Shown here piece after piece: positions 51,359 to 60,664 of a stretch of 64,000 bases of DNA; positions within the stretch are counted from its first letter, which is position 1, and every line of letters begins with the position of its first letter. The DNA is from Bacterioplanoides pacificum. GTDB taxonomy: Bacteria > Pseudomonadota > Gammaproteobacteria > Pseudomonadales > Oceanobacteraceae. The translations under genes were made by a program, and so were the position numbers. The stretch spans positions 626,711 through 690,710 of the forward strand of contig NZ_JBHRYB010000001.1 in the NCBI RefSeq assembly GCF_042648445.1, given 5' to 3'. The notes under the pieces are model-generated. The model made no database searches and had not been told where the DNA came from. It saw only the letters and a list, made by a program, of their open reading frames with translations.

Positions 51359-51883
51359 TTAATGTAGGGGAATAAAAATTTCCTTTTTCCCGTTGCTTTT
51401 TTGTACGACCCAGCGTTCGTAGTAACGCCTTACTGTATCGGGGAATTTATTGAGTGATTTTGCTACTACTTCGTAAGCTTTGGATTTGTTTGTCGTATTC
51501 TTTAGTTCAAACTTTACCATGCCAATAATTTGCAAAATTTTTTGCTCCGTCATGGAGTTAGGTCTGCCGGATATTTTTTGTTCCATACCAAGACTCTGCA
51601 AAGCCAGATTCTCTGAAAAGGCTTCACTAAATAGGCGCTCTAGCAGCTCGCCAAATAGGCCAATGTTTCCAGTAGTAAGCTTGTCTTTAAGGAAAGCGAC
51701 GAAGCAGTACCAATCGAAAGGTGTCAGACGGGTGGTGTCTAGCGTGGAATTAATTTGACAATATTTCTCGTAAGCAGCATCTATCATCGTTGCTGCGTCA
51801 TCATAGTCATCCCAATAGAATCCAATGATGTATAGCAGTTTCTTTGTATGGCCTTCAGGCGGCAATGATTTCCAGTCCAGCAT
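51359..51883 (-). CDS. hypothetical phage/island protein
   Basis: 174-aa ORF between int and alpA with no motif recognised. Confidence 0.4.
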   Translation of the reverse strand: MLDWKSLPPEGHTKKLLYIIGFYWDDYDDAATMIDAAYEKYCQINSTLDTTRLTPFDWYCFVAFLKDKLTTGNIGLFGELLERLFSEAFSENLALQSLGMEQKISGRPNSMTEQKILQIIGMVKFELKNTTNKSKAYEVVAKSLNKFPDTVRRYYERWVVQKSNGKKEIFIPLH

Positions 51884-51907
51884 TCTCAGAGTCCATTCAT
51901 GTTGCTG

Positions 51908-53071
51908 TTATAGATTATCCGCCCACCACTGAAGCATTTCCGTTCGTTCTTCCAGATAGTCCGCCCGGTTGTAGGCTTTACGTATCTGATTGCGCTCTTC
52001 GTGGGCCAGTTGTTTTTCGATCACATCCGGCCTGAATCCGGCTTCATTCAATACGGTTGAAGCGGTGGAGCGTAATCCGTGAGTGGTGGTGTGCTCTTTG
52101 AAGCCTGTGCGTTTAAGCAGCACCAAAAAGGCATTTTCAGACAAAGGCTTCTCAATGGTATTGGGGCTTCGCAAAAGCCATTCAGTGTGGCCCGTGTGTT
52201 GTTTAAGCTCTGTCAGTACATCAATGGCTTGACGGCTTAAGGGTATCAGGTGGTCTGTCTTCATTTTCATACGCTCTGCCGGAATTAGCCAAAGCTGCTT
52301 TTCAAAGTCGATTTCACTCCAGCGACCAAAGCGTACTTCACCGGTTCGGGTCATGGTCAGTATTAGCAGCTTAAGTCCTAGCTTTACTACCGGGTGGCCT
52401 CCGTATGCGTCGATACTGGTCAAGAAACTCCCCATCATTGCGAATGGTAAGGCACGCTGATGGTTGACGGCTGGTACGGCTTTTAGCGCTGGAGTGATAC
52501 CTGTTACCGGGTTGTTTTCGACGAGTCCTTCAGCAATGGCAAATGCAAAGATACCTTGAAGGTAATTTTTTACTTTGCGGGTGGTTTCACCAATGCCTTC
52601 GTTTTCCATTAAGCGCAGTACAGTCAATACGTCGGCGCTGGTAATCTGGTGAATGGGTTTGTCGCTAAGGTAGGGCATTAAGCGCCGGTCAATCATCTGG
52701 CGAACTTTGAGCGCGTAGCGCGGTGTCCATCTGGGGGTATTGAGTTCGTGCCAGCGGTAAGCCAACACCCCAAAAAGATTCTGAGCCTGAATACGTTGTA
52801 GGCGCTTGGCTTCCATGCGTTCGTCGGTGGGATCAATGCCTTTGCGAATCTTAGATTTGGCAATGTCGCGTTCTTGTCTGGCTTCCTTTAACGAATAATC
52901 GGGGTATTGGCCGATGGTATAGGCTTTCTCCTTGCCATCTAGGCGGTATTTTACCCGCCACGATTTGATCCCTGTTTTGCTAACCATCAAATACAAGCCG
53001 CCAGCATCAGATAGCTTATATCCCTTATCCTTGGGCTTTGCGGCTTTGATAGCGGCAACGGTCAATGACAT
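51908..53071 (-). CDS. int: tyrosine-type site-specific integrase (P4-like, DUF4102 arm-binding N-terminus)
   Basis: MSLTVAAIKAAKPKDKGYKLSDAGGLYLMV… N-terminus and the C-terminal catalytic region R…HGLR…Y. The start at 53071 is preceded by AAGGAGA. Confidence 0.85.
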   Translation of the reverse strand: MSLTVAAIKAAKPKDKGYKLSDAGGLYLMVSKTGIKSWRVKYRLDGKEKAYTIGQYPDYSLKEARQERDIAKSKIRKGIDPTDERMEAKRLQRIQAQNLFGVLAYRWHELNTPRWTPRYALKVRQMIDRRLMPYLSDKPIHQITSADVLTVLRLMENEGIGETTRKVKNYLQGIFAFAIAEGLVENNPVTGITPALKAVPAVNHQRALPFAMMGSFLTSIDAYGGHPVVKLGLKLLILTMTRTGEVRFGRWSEIDFEKQLWLIPAERMKMKTDHLIPLSRQAIDVLTELKQHTGHTEWLLRSPNTIEKPLSENAFLVLLKRTGFKEHTTTHGLRSTASTVLNEAGFRPDVIEKQLAHEERNQIRKAYNRADYLEERTEMLQWWADNL

Positions 53072-53361
53072 TGGTTGTTCTCCTTGTGGGGGTATTGGAG
53101 CTACCCGAACACGATACCCCCTGTGCAATACCCCTAACTAGGAGCGGTTGTCCATAGACGTTGCTGGTCGCCTGAGAATATGAATGTCAGTATTAATGCG
53201 GCTTTGGGGGTGGTTTAGAGGTTGTTTCATGTGCGGTAAAGCAGGAAGTGAGCAAATTTCTAGATAACTTGAGCTGATTGTTCCGTATATAGAAGTAATG
53301 GTTGTTAATGAACCTCTATTGGATCTAACAATAAGAGTCAATAATGGCGCCTCAGCTTTTC

Positions 53362-53835
53362 CTAACCAGTGAACTCTAATCTGTATGTAAAGCTATATGG
53401 CCTCGACAGATTACTCAGTAGACAACCGGCTATGCCTCCTCCTAGAAGAAAAAGAAGCCAATTACCGCTTTTAGTATAGCTACCAGCTACTCCTCCTAAT
53501 ATCGCACCAATTAAAGTAGCTTGCAGCTGAGGACTATACTTCCTACCCTGAATTAGCATATATGCAATATGTTCACAGTTATTACCGACTACTTCGTACC
53601 GATGATCATTGTTCAAGATACGCTCCAACCTCTTGGTCAATAATGAGTGATCATCTACATGGCTACGAATTACCTTGACTGGTTTCCCTTCGGAATACTG
53701 ATCAACAGAGATTAGTTCAACATTGTTCTGAGGGCTGTTATGCAAAACTTGCCCATTGCCCAGGTAAACCCCTGCATGCTGAATAATGCCTTTGCTTCTA
53801 TATAGCAAATCACCGGATTTCAGATTATTATTCAT
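53362..53835 (-). CDS. PLAAT/LRAT-like (NlpC/P60 superfamily) phospholipase A/acyltransferase with C-terminal TM anchor
   Basis: HAGVYLGNGQVLH matches the PLAAT H-box (HWAIYVGDGYVVH) and NNCEHIAYML matches NCEHF with a catalytic Cys. The C-terminus has two hydrophobic helices. 157 aa. Confidence 0.7.
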   Translation of the reverse strand: MNNNLKSGDLLYRSKGIIQHAGVYLGNGQVLHNSPQNNVELISVDQYSEGKPVKVIRSHVDDHSLLTKRLERILNNDHRYEVVGNNCEHIAYMLIQGRKYSPQLQATLIGAILGGVAGSYTKSGNWLLFLLGGGIAGCLLSNLSRPYSFTYRLEFTG

Positions 53836-53852
53836 TTACAAACTTCCTATTC

Positions 53853-53888
53853 ATTTACGTTTTACGCAAATATACATTAAACGTAAAT
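53853..53888. promoter_or_regulatory. candidate operator: 10-bp perfect inverted repeat ATTTACGTTT…AAACGTAAAT (plus direct repeat TTCATTTAC)
   Basis: Lies in the divergent intergenic region between the PLAAT-like gene and the XRE regulator. Confidence 0.45.
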
Positions 53889-53933
53889 AGTTGCAAACTT
53901 GCTTTGTCCTAAATAGTATAAATTTGGTGATTT

Positions 53934-54314
53934 ATGAATGCTGAACAAACGTCCTATTCTGCTGTTTTGGGTGTTGTCTTGAGCAACCTCCGTAAAGAGC
54001 GCCGTATTGAACAAGGCGAAATGGCGGCAAGAATGGGGCTTTCTCAAGCAAGCTATAGTCGTCTTGAAAGTGGAAAATCAGCTTTTTCTATCGATCAGAT
54101 GTATCAGGCTGCCTCTGCACTAGGAATAGATGAGAGTGAAATTACAACTCGTCTAAATTCCACAGTTATCCAGCTAAATGCCAATGGAGTACGCGTCGTC
54201 CCTCAGTTAAGGGGAAACACCACACAAGCGAAACAGGAAAGCTCTGATGTCGGAAATTTTATCGCTGGAGCAGCGTTAGGTGGATTACTAATTGGACTAC
54301 TGAGCCGGAAATAA
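53934..54314 (+). CDS. XRE/Cro-C1-type HTH regulator with C-terminal transmembrane helix
   Basis: …EMAARMGLSQASYSRLESGK… is an HTH_XRE. The C-terminus is FIAGAALGGLLIGLLSRK. Its stop lies 18 nt before the giant STAND gene. Confidence 0.65.
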   Translation: MNAEQTSYSAVLGVVLSNLRKERRIEQGEMAARMGLSQASYSRLESGKSAFSIDQMYQAASALGIDESEITTRLNSTVIQLNANGVRVVPQLRGNTTQAKQESSDVGNFIAGAALGGLLIGLLSRK

Positions 54315-54331
54315 CACAGACAGGATGTCAA

Positions 54332-57300
54332 ATGGCAAGCAAAAGCAATAACAGAAAGACAGATTCATCGGAGCTAGTTCGCTACTCCAGAGCAGGAGAC
54401 ACCTTTCACTATCGCTGGGCTGCGAGACGCTGTTTACGTCTGCTTGATTTCAATTCAGACCTAACCCACATCACTATTGAGGGCTCTAAAGAAGCAAAAC
54501 TCGGCGGCGAATATGTCATTGATACAGCTGAATACAGCTCGGACAATGGTAAAGGATCATCAGTCGCTTATTTTCAACTAAAACATTCAACTACACGCTG
54601 CAATGAAAACTTCACTCTTAGCGGCCTGAAAGAAACTATTATCGGATTTTCTAACAGATATAAAGATCTCCAAGAAAAAAACCATAGTTTTACATCTATC
54701 CAATTCCTAATAATAACTAACCGACCAATAAGCCCTAGATTTAAAGAGTCTATTAACAAGTTAGCAAGGGGTGAATCCGGTGGAAAAAGCTTCGACGATA
54801 CGATAAAGGCTTACTCAAAACTTACGGGAAAGAAGTTACAAGAGTTTTGCGGTCTCCTAAAGTTAGTTGACGGTGAAGGTAATTATGATGCACAAAAACA
54901 TGCTTTACACCGAGAAATAGCCAATTTGGCCTGTGATAGCAGTGATGTTAGTCAAATGCTAAAGCTTGTCGAACTAGTACGCGAGAGAATAGAGCCTGGA
55001 GCCAAAAAACAAGAAATTGACAGAAATGACGTTCTAGAGCAATTTGGTCTAACGTCTGAAAAAGACTTGTTCCCAGCCCCCCCCTTATTTGAAAAGCTAC
55101 CTTCAATTATTGAGCGTGAACAGTATGATAGCCTTTATAAAGAAATAGTAGATTCTACATCTCCATTTACGATCCTATCTGCTGTAGGTGGCACCGGTAA
55201 ATCAATAACATGTAATCATTTAGTTGATAGGTTTGTTAATGGTTCCCTAGCTATTGCTTATGATTGTTTTGGCAATGGCGGATATAGAAGATTAAGTGGA
55301 CATAGGCATCGCACATATGATGCTTATATACAGGTTGCAAATGAACTTGCTCAAAAGGGATTGTGCGAACCCATAATTCCAAGTAGCAGGAATCACGATG
55401 ACAGGCTTACAAAGTTATTCCTATCGCGATTATCTCAGTCTATCGAAAAACTAAAAGAGAGAAACGAGAATGCTCTGTTAATTATTTTATTTGATGCTGT
55501 TGATAATGCAGAAATGGCCGCTACAGAGTTTGGGGACAGGTGCTTTGCCAGTCACCTATTGAAAGAAAACATTCCAGACGGATGCCGAGTCGTTTACCTC
55601 TCTCGTCCTGAACGGATAAAATTATTTTCCCCATCAGAAAAAATTCCACAAATTGAAATAAAGCCATTTAGTGATAATGAGACTCTATTCCATCTTAAAA
55701 CAAAGTACCCAGAAGCCACTCTTGAAAATGCTGTTGAATATCGACGACTAACTAATGGAAACCCCCGGGTTCAGGCTAATGCACTAGCATTGAATAAGAA
55801 CTCGGTCGACGACTTATTAACTCATTTTAGCGCTAGGGAGAAAACGGTAAATGACCTAATTGAAGACCAGCTTAATAATGCTTTGACAACAATAAAGGAG
55901 CAATACCCTAATAGCTTCAGAACTCATGTCGAAGATATCTGTACAGGTCTTGCGACACTACCACCATTTGTACCGGTTGAAGTACTTGCAGCAGCTGCTG
56001 AAGTTAGTGTTTCGGCCGTGAAAAGCTTTATCTCTGACCTAGGTCGGCCTCTTTGGTTAACGGATAACTATGTACAATTTAGGGATGAACCAACTGAAAG
56101 CTGGTTCGTCTCAACATTCAGCGCTAAGAAAAGGCAGATAAAGGCTTATATTTCTAGATTGAAGCCTTTAGCTGGCAAATTCTCCTATGTTGCCGAAGCC
56201 TTGCCATCTCTTTTACTAAAAGCAGGGCAATACAAAGAGATTATTCGTCTTGCTTTGTCGGAAGATATGTTACCGACTGACAACCCAGTTGAATCGAGAA
56301 GCATCCAGGTTTACCGATTACAATTTGCATTCAAGGCAGCTCTAAAGAATAAGAAGTATTTAGATGCCTGTAAGCTTGCGCTACGTGCGGGAGAAGAAGT
56401 TTCAGGAACGGATCGGCAAATAGAGCTATTAACTAAAAATATTGATCTCGCTACTCAGTATTTATCTCCACAGCGCATCATGGATCTAGCTCATCAGCGT
56501 GAAATGAGCGGTGAATGGAATGGCTCAGAAACCCTATATTCATCAGCACTATTAGCACCAATGCCAGAATGTGAGGGTGAGGCGCGTAGTTATTTAAGGT
56601 CAGGTTGGCATTGGTTAACACGTTATATTGAAGATAGAGATAGTAGAGATGAACGATCCCACTATAGAGATAGTATTAAAGACATCGACATATTAGTCAT
56701 GTTTTATAGCTGCTTCTACCTTGATGGTTATAAAGCAGCGATTGATTTTATCTTACGCTGTAAACCACCTGAGCTGATTTTCAGAATAGTATCTGATTTT
56801 TCTTCAAGGATGGTAGATAAAGCTGAATATGAAGTATTAGAGCTAATGGCTCATTATGGTAAAAATTGCCCTCCACTGGTTCTTGCGATAACACATGAAT
56901 TACTTAAGATTGGCCGTATACCAGACAAAAAGTGCATTACTCGAGCACTAAATAAAATTGTAGGGCCTGGAAAGTGGCTTATTAAGCCGAAAGGTGGATT
57001 CGATAATCACAACATTAGCACTTCTGCTTATCTGTCATTGCTCGAAGCCTCGATAATCCATAAGCTCCCTCTGAAAAATATCAAGCGAGCACTAAATTAC
57101 TATATTGATGGGCCTAGAGCATATTCTATAAATTCTGATTGGGATGGCAGTAGTAGAAGTTGTTTTATGAGGTCTATATCAATTAGAGCCTGTATAAATA
57201 ATTCTTTTGATTTTTCAGTCGAATCTGTCATTCCAAAGTCATGGTACTTAGACAGCAATGATTATCATGATAGAGAGGAAGTTAAGGGGGCTAAAGAAGC

Positions 57301-60300
57301 TATTTCTATATTGCTACCTTGGTATTTGATTCGGGCAAGGCTTTTATCTGGAAATAGAATATCTATAGAAGATTGGCATCAAAAAGCTAAGGAGGGGTCG
57401 TCCCGATTATTGAGAAGTCGATATAAAACATATGACCCGCTACCGTTTGAGATTACAACAGCCAGGTTCTTCAATCTGGCAATTTCACAAACAAATGTTG
57501 ATAAAGAACTAGATGATATTGCTAGTGGTATTAATGATAACAGCATTAGTTTTCGCTATCCAGATAAAGTTAACGCCCTAAGAATAGCGAATCGGCAGAT
57601 TAGACTCACTAGGATTAGCGATATTTTAGAAGAGTCATGCTATAAGACTGCAAAGATAGTTGATGAAGAAGAATCTCCTATAGATCATGCAAATAATTTC
57701 ATTAATCTGTCTAGGGCCGTTTTATCTATAAGTAAAGCCGATGCAGAAATTTATTTTGAAGAAGCAATAGCAGCAGTCTCTCGATTTGGTGATGAAGCCT
57801 ATGAAAGGTGGATGGCGGTGAATTCAATAGCCAAACGATCGGCCGAAAAGTTAACAAATCGTAGTAAACATGCATATCGTTATATGCGTTGTGCAGAGCT
57901 TATAGGTGACACAATCGGTAGAGAAAAGAAATGGGATAGAGATGGTGCTATGGAAACGTGCTTTCATCTTTCCCCAGAATCGGCCTTCGCAATTGCTAGC
58001 AGATGGAAAGATAGGGATGTTGGACGTTCAGGTCGAATGCTTGCGTCCTTACTTCAAACCGCTGTTGTAGAAAATGCCATTTCTCCTTCTGCAGCTTGGT
58101 CACTATCAGTACTTCCTTTTGATTATGATCTCTCCATATTCGCTGAACAATGTATTGAAAGAGAATATGATGAAAGCAGGCGGAAAATCATCTTCGATTC
58201 TCTAATATCCGATTTTAGAAAGAAGGGGATTACTGGTAAGCCTTGGAAGAAAATGAGTGAAATCTCTGAGAAATATGGACTATTTAATGAAGTATTAAAT
58301 GATCTAGCTATTTTGATGAGAGAAAAGTCAGAGGGAGGATCTGAAACTGGTCGTAATTTTCTTATTAAAGAACCCAAAGAAAGCGACCACCAAATTGGTC
58401 TGTACGATGATATCAATATTTTATCTGATGAAGGATTGCAAGAAGTTCTAGAGCGCTTTGAGTCGTTGGATTTTCCTAAAGATGTAGACGCTCCATGGAA
58501 ATATGCAGCCAGTAAGCTAACAGCAGGAAATGCTACAAAATTTCTTTTCCTACTCGCAAATTCTGAATTTCTTAATGCCTATCATATTCAAAACGCTATA
58601 AATTGGATTCCTGATAGGTTAAAACGAAAACCCAGCGTCATTAAAATTTGGCCGGATATCATAAAAATTATAGCTAAACGTTTTCCAGAAGAATTCACTC
58701 GCTGGTATAGCCGGGATAGAATACTCGGAGAAATAGGATCTGACGTTACTACAGTAAATGCTATACGAGAAGGGGTTCTCGAAGGTCTATCGGAGTCCAA
58801 TGGACTAGAATCTGCCAGTACATTTTTTGGATTTGTAGATTACTACGTTAACTCTCTTTCATCCTCTGATGCAGCAAAACTTTTAGATTATGCACTGACG
58901 AGATTTGAATTACATATCAATGATGGGTATTCAGATGGGAATTGGTCTTCTAGTTTAGAGCCACCGGAAAATATTGTTCAGTCATTTACTGGATATCTTT
59001 GGGCAGCACTTGGTTCCCCTCGAGCTTCAGAACACTGGTGCGCAATGCACGCAGTAAGGCGTTTATATCAACTGCGCTGCGAGGAGGAGTTAGATGCACT
59101 GCTTGAATGGATGATCTCTGATAGCGCAGGGTCTTTCATCTATAAAGGCTATCCATTTTATAACATGCATGCTAAGCAGCATCTCTTAATGGCTTTAGCG
59201 CGTTGTGCTATTGAAGATCCATCCGTTATTGTAGGAAAGCATAAAATATTCTCAAATATTGCACTAAATGAACAGCATATCTTGATCCAAAAGTACGCTG
59301 CAGATATTGCTCGATCAATAGCCAAAATCTTCCCTAGCGCTCATACGGAAAAAGTTCTTGTTCAGTTAGAAGAAATCGAAAAATCACCTTTCCAGATTGA
59401 ATATTCGGATAACTACAATGAAAAACGTGATACCCCGTGGCACAAAGATAAGAGTATCGCTCTAGATACAGGTTTATATTTTGCTCACGATTTTGATCGA
59501 TACTGGTTTGAACCACTTGGTGAGGTTTTCAAAGTACCAGGATCGCAAGTTGAAGACTTAGCAGCCGATGTAATTATGAACGACTGGAAGCTACCAGTCT
59601 CTGAGCGCTTTATTCGTGATCCACGCCAAGATATTTGGAATTCTTACCGGGATCAGAGCACATACCACAGTCACTCTGGTTATCCAAAAACGGCAACATA
59701 TAGTTTCTATCTTTCGTATCATTCTATGATGGTGGCTGCGGCAAAATTATTGAATGCAATGCCTACTTTCCATTCTAGAGATTGGCATGAAAATCAATGG
59801 GAAGATTGGCTACATAGACACCTGTTAACAAGAAAAGATCAGTATTGGCTATCTGATACAAGAGGTTTTATACCCGCACATCGTAGAGCCTGGACAGACG
59901 ATAAAACAGATAAAGACTGGCGCTGGCAAGTTTTACCTAGGGATTTCTTAGAAGTTCTCTTGCTTCAAAGAGAAAAAGATACCTGGCTTAACGTAGCTGG
60001 GTCGTGGGATGAATATTACAATGGCCACAATGAACATATATCTGTCTCTAGCAGGCTAGTTCCGAGTTGGGCATCTAGCTCACTGCAGAGAGCTATGACT
60101 CAATACCGATCTCACTGGCCTGGTACAAGTAGCTTAGATGCATTTAGTGGACAAGAAGAGAATGATAATTGTAATGGAAATCCGTTTAGATTGAGTTGTT
60201 GGTATAGTAATGCTTATCAAGACAACGGAGTTGATGAACTGGATCCCTATGCAGGTTGCATTGGATATCCTCCGTGCACAATCCATCAAGATGTTATGAG

Positions 60301-60664
60301 CCAACTTGATATATATTCAGACAATGAATCATGCCAATGGATTGATTCAAATGGGGCTGTCATTGCGCATGGTCAGATTTGGAGTGAAGACAAGCCTTTG
60401 CGAGAAGACGAGGAGTATTGTTGTAGAGGCAACCGATTACAGGCCTCATTAAGCTTCTTAAAAAAAATGTGTAAAAAGTTGGATGTAGATTTAGCAATAC
60501 AAGTAGATATAAAAAGAGATTTAGTCGGAATACATAGAGATAGGAACGATGATATTGGATATCTCCCCCCATATAGAAAAATTTTTATCCTCTCCAGAAA
60601 TGGAGTGCTCAAAGACACAAGCACGACTTTTAGGCTTAGGGAACAAGTTAGCGAAGAACTTTGA
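54332..60664 (+). CDS. 2110-aa STAND-class NTPase with N-terminal Cap4-like (DUF4297, D…QxK) nuclease domain and long helical-repeat C-terminus (Avs-like antiviral ATPase)
   Basis: N-terminal …RAGDTFHYRWAARRCLRLL…EYVIDTAE…AYFQLKHS…. Walker A SAVGGTGKS (~aa 288) and Walker B LIILFDAVDNAE (~aa 385). ~1600 aa of W/Y-rich alpha-helical repeats follow. Low GC. Confidence 0.65.
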   Translation: MASKSNNRKTDSSELVRYSRAGDTFHYRWAARRCLRLLDFNSDLTHITIEGSKEAKLGGEYVIDTAEYSSDNGKGSSVAYFQLKHSTTRCNENFTLSGLKETIIGFSNRYKDLQEKNHSFTSIQFLIITNRPISPRFKESINKLARGESGGKSFDDTIKAYSKLTGKKLQEFCGLLKLVDGEGNYDAQKHALHREIANLACDSSDVSQMLKLVELVRERIEPGAKKQEIDRNDVLEQFGLTSEKDLFPAPPLFEKLPSIIEREQYDSLYKEIVDSTSPFTILSAVGGTGKSITCNHLVDRFVNGSLAIAYDCFGNGGYRRLSGHRHRTYDAYIQVANELAQKGLCEPIIPSSRNHDDRLTKLFLSRLSQSIEKLKERNENALLIILFDAVDNAEMAATEFGDRCFASHLLKENIPDGCRVVYLSRPERIKLFSPSEKIPQIEIKPFSDNETLFHLKTKYPEATLENAVEYRRLTNGNPRVQANALALNKNSVDDLLTHFSAREKTVNDLIEDQLNNALTTIKEQYPNSFRTHVEDICTGLATLPPFVPVEVLAAAAEVSVSAVKSFISDLGRPLWLTDNYVQFRDEPTESWFVSTFSAKKRQIKAYISRLKPLAGKFSYVAEALPSLLLKAGQYKEIIRLALSEDMLPTDNPVESRSIQVYRLQFAFKAALKNKKYLDACKLALRAGEEVSGTDRQIELLTKNIDLATQYLSPQRIMDLAHQREMSGEWNGSETLYSSALLAPMPECEGEARSYLRSGWHWLTRYIEDRDSRDERSHYRDSIKDIDILVMFYSCFYLDGYKAAIDFILRCKPPELIFRIVSDFSSRMVDKAEYEVLELMAHYGKNCPPLVLAITHELLKIGRIPDKKCITRALNKIVGPGKWLIKPKGGFDNHNISTSAYLSLLEASIIHKLPLKNIKRALNYYIDGPRAYSINSDWDGSSRSCFMRSISIRACINNSFDFSVESVIPKSWYLDSNDYHDREEVKGAKEAISILLPWYLIRARLLSGNRISIEDWHQKAKEGSSRLLRSRYKTYDPLPFEITTARFFNLAISQTNVDKELDDIASGINDNSISFRYPDKVNALRIANRQIRLTRISDILEESCYKTAKIVDEEESPIDHANNFINLSRAVLSISKADAEIYFEEAIAAVSRFGDEAYERWMAVNSIAKRSAEKLTNRSKHAYRYMRCAELIGDTIGREKKWDRDGAMETCFHLSPESAFAIASRWKDRDVGRSGRMLASLLQTAVVENAISPSAAWSLSVLPFDYDLSIFAEQCIEREYDESRRKIIFDSLISDFRKKGITGKPWKKMSEISEKYGLFNEVLNDLAILMREKSEGGSETGRNFLIKEPKESDHQIGLYDDINILSDEGLQEVLERFESLDFPKDVDAPWKYAASKLTAGNATKFLFLLANSEFLNAYHIQNAINWIPDRLKRKPSVIKIWPDIIKIIAKRFPEEFTRWYSRDRILGEIGSDVTTVNAIREGVLEGLSESNGLESASTFFGFVDYYVNSLSSSDAAKLLDYALTRFELHINDGYSDGNWSSSLEPPENIVQSFTGYLWAALGSPRASEHWCAMHAVRRLYQLRCEEELDALLEWMISDSAGSFIYKGYPFYNMHAKQHLLMALARCAIEDPSVIVGKHKIFSNIALNEQHILIQKYAADIARSIAKIFPSAHTEKVLVQLEEIEKSPFQIEYSDNYNEKRDTPWHKDKSIALDTGLYFAHDFDRYWFEPLGEVFKVPGSQVEDLAADVIMNDWKLPVSERFIRDPRQDIWNSYRDQSTYHSHSGYPKTATYSFYLSYHSMMVAAAKLLNAMPTFHSRDWHENQWEDWLHRHLLTRKDQYWLSDTRGFIPAHRRAWTDDKTDKDWRWQVLPRDFLEVLLLQREKDTWLNVAGSWDEYYNGHNEHISVSSRLVPSWASSSLQRAMTQYRSHWPGTSSLDAFSGQEENDNCNGNPFRLSCWYSNAYQDNGVDELDPYAGCIGYPPCTIHQDVMSQLDIYSDNESCQWIDSNGAVIAHGQIWSEDKPLREDEEYCCRGNRLQASLSFLKKMCKKLDVDLAIQVDIKRDLVGIHRDRNDDIGYLPPYRKIFILSRNGVLKDTSTTFRLREQVSEEL

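Larger units (their letters stand above)
39431..53098. mobile_element. putative P4/CP4-57-type integrative element (int, alpA, phage-like small genes, type I R-M and other defence cargo)
   Basis: Tyrosine integrase with an AlpA regulator at the right end and imperfect 13-14 bp direct repeats at both ends. The cargo is lower in GC and of defence type. No tRNA was seen at either end. Confidence 0.5.

Noticed and set aside
53130-53360. Searched for a tRNA/tmRNA att target next to int, and at 39350-39700.
   Set aside because: No cloverleaf or GTTCGA/T-loop-like signature was recognisable. Only short G-tract motifs shared with the other boundary.
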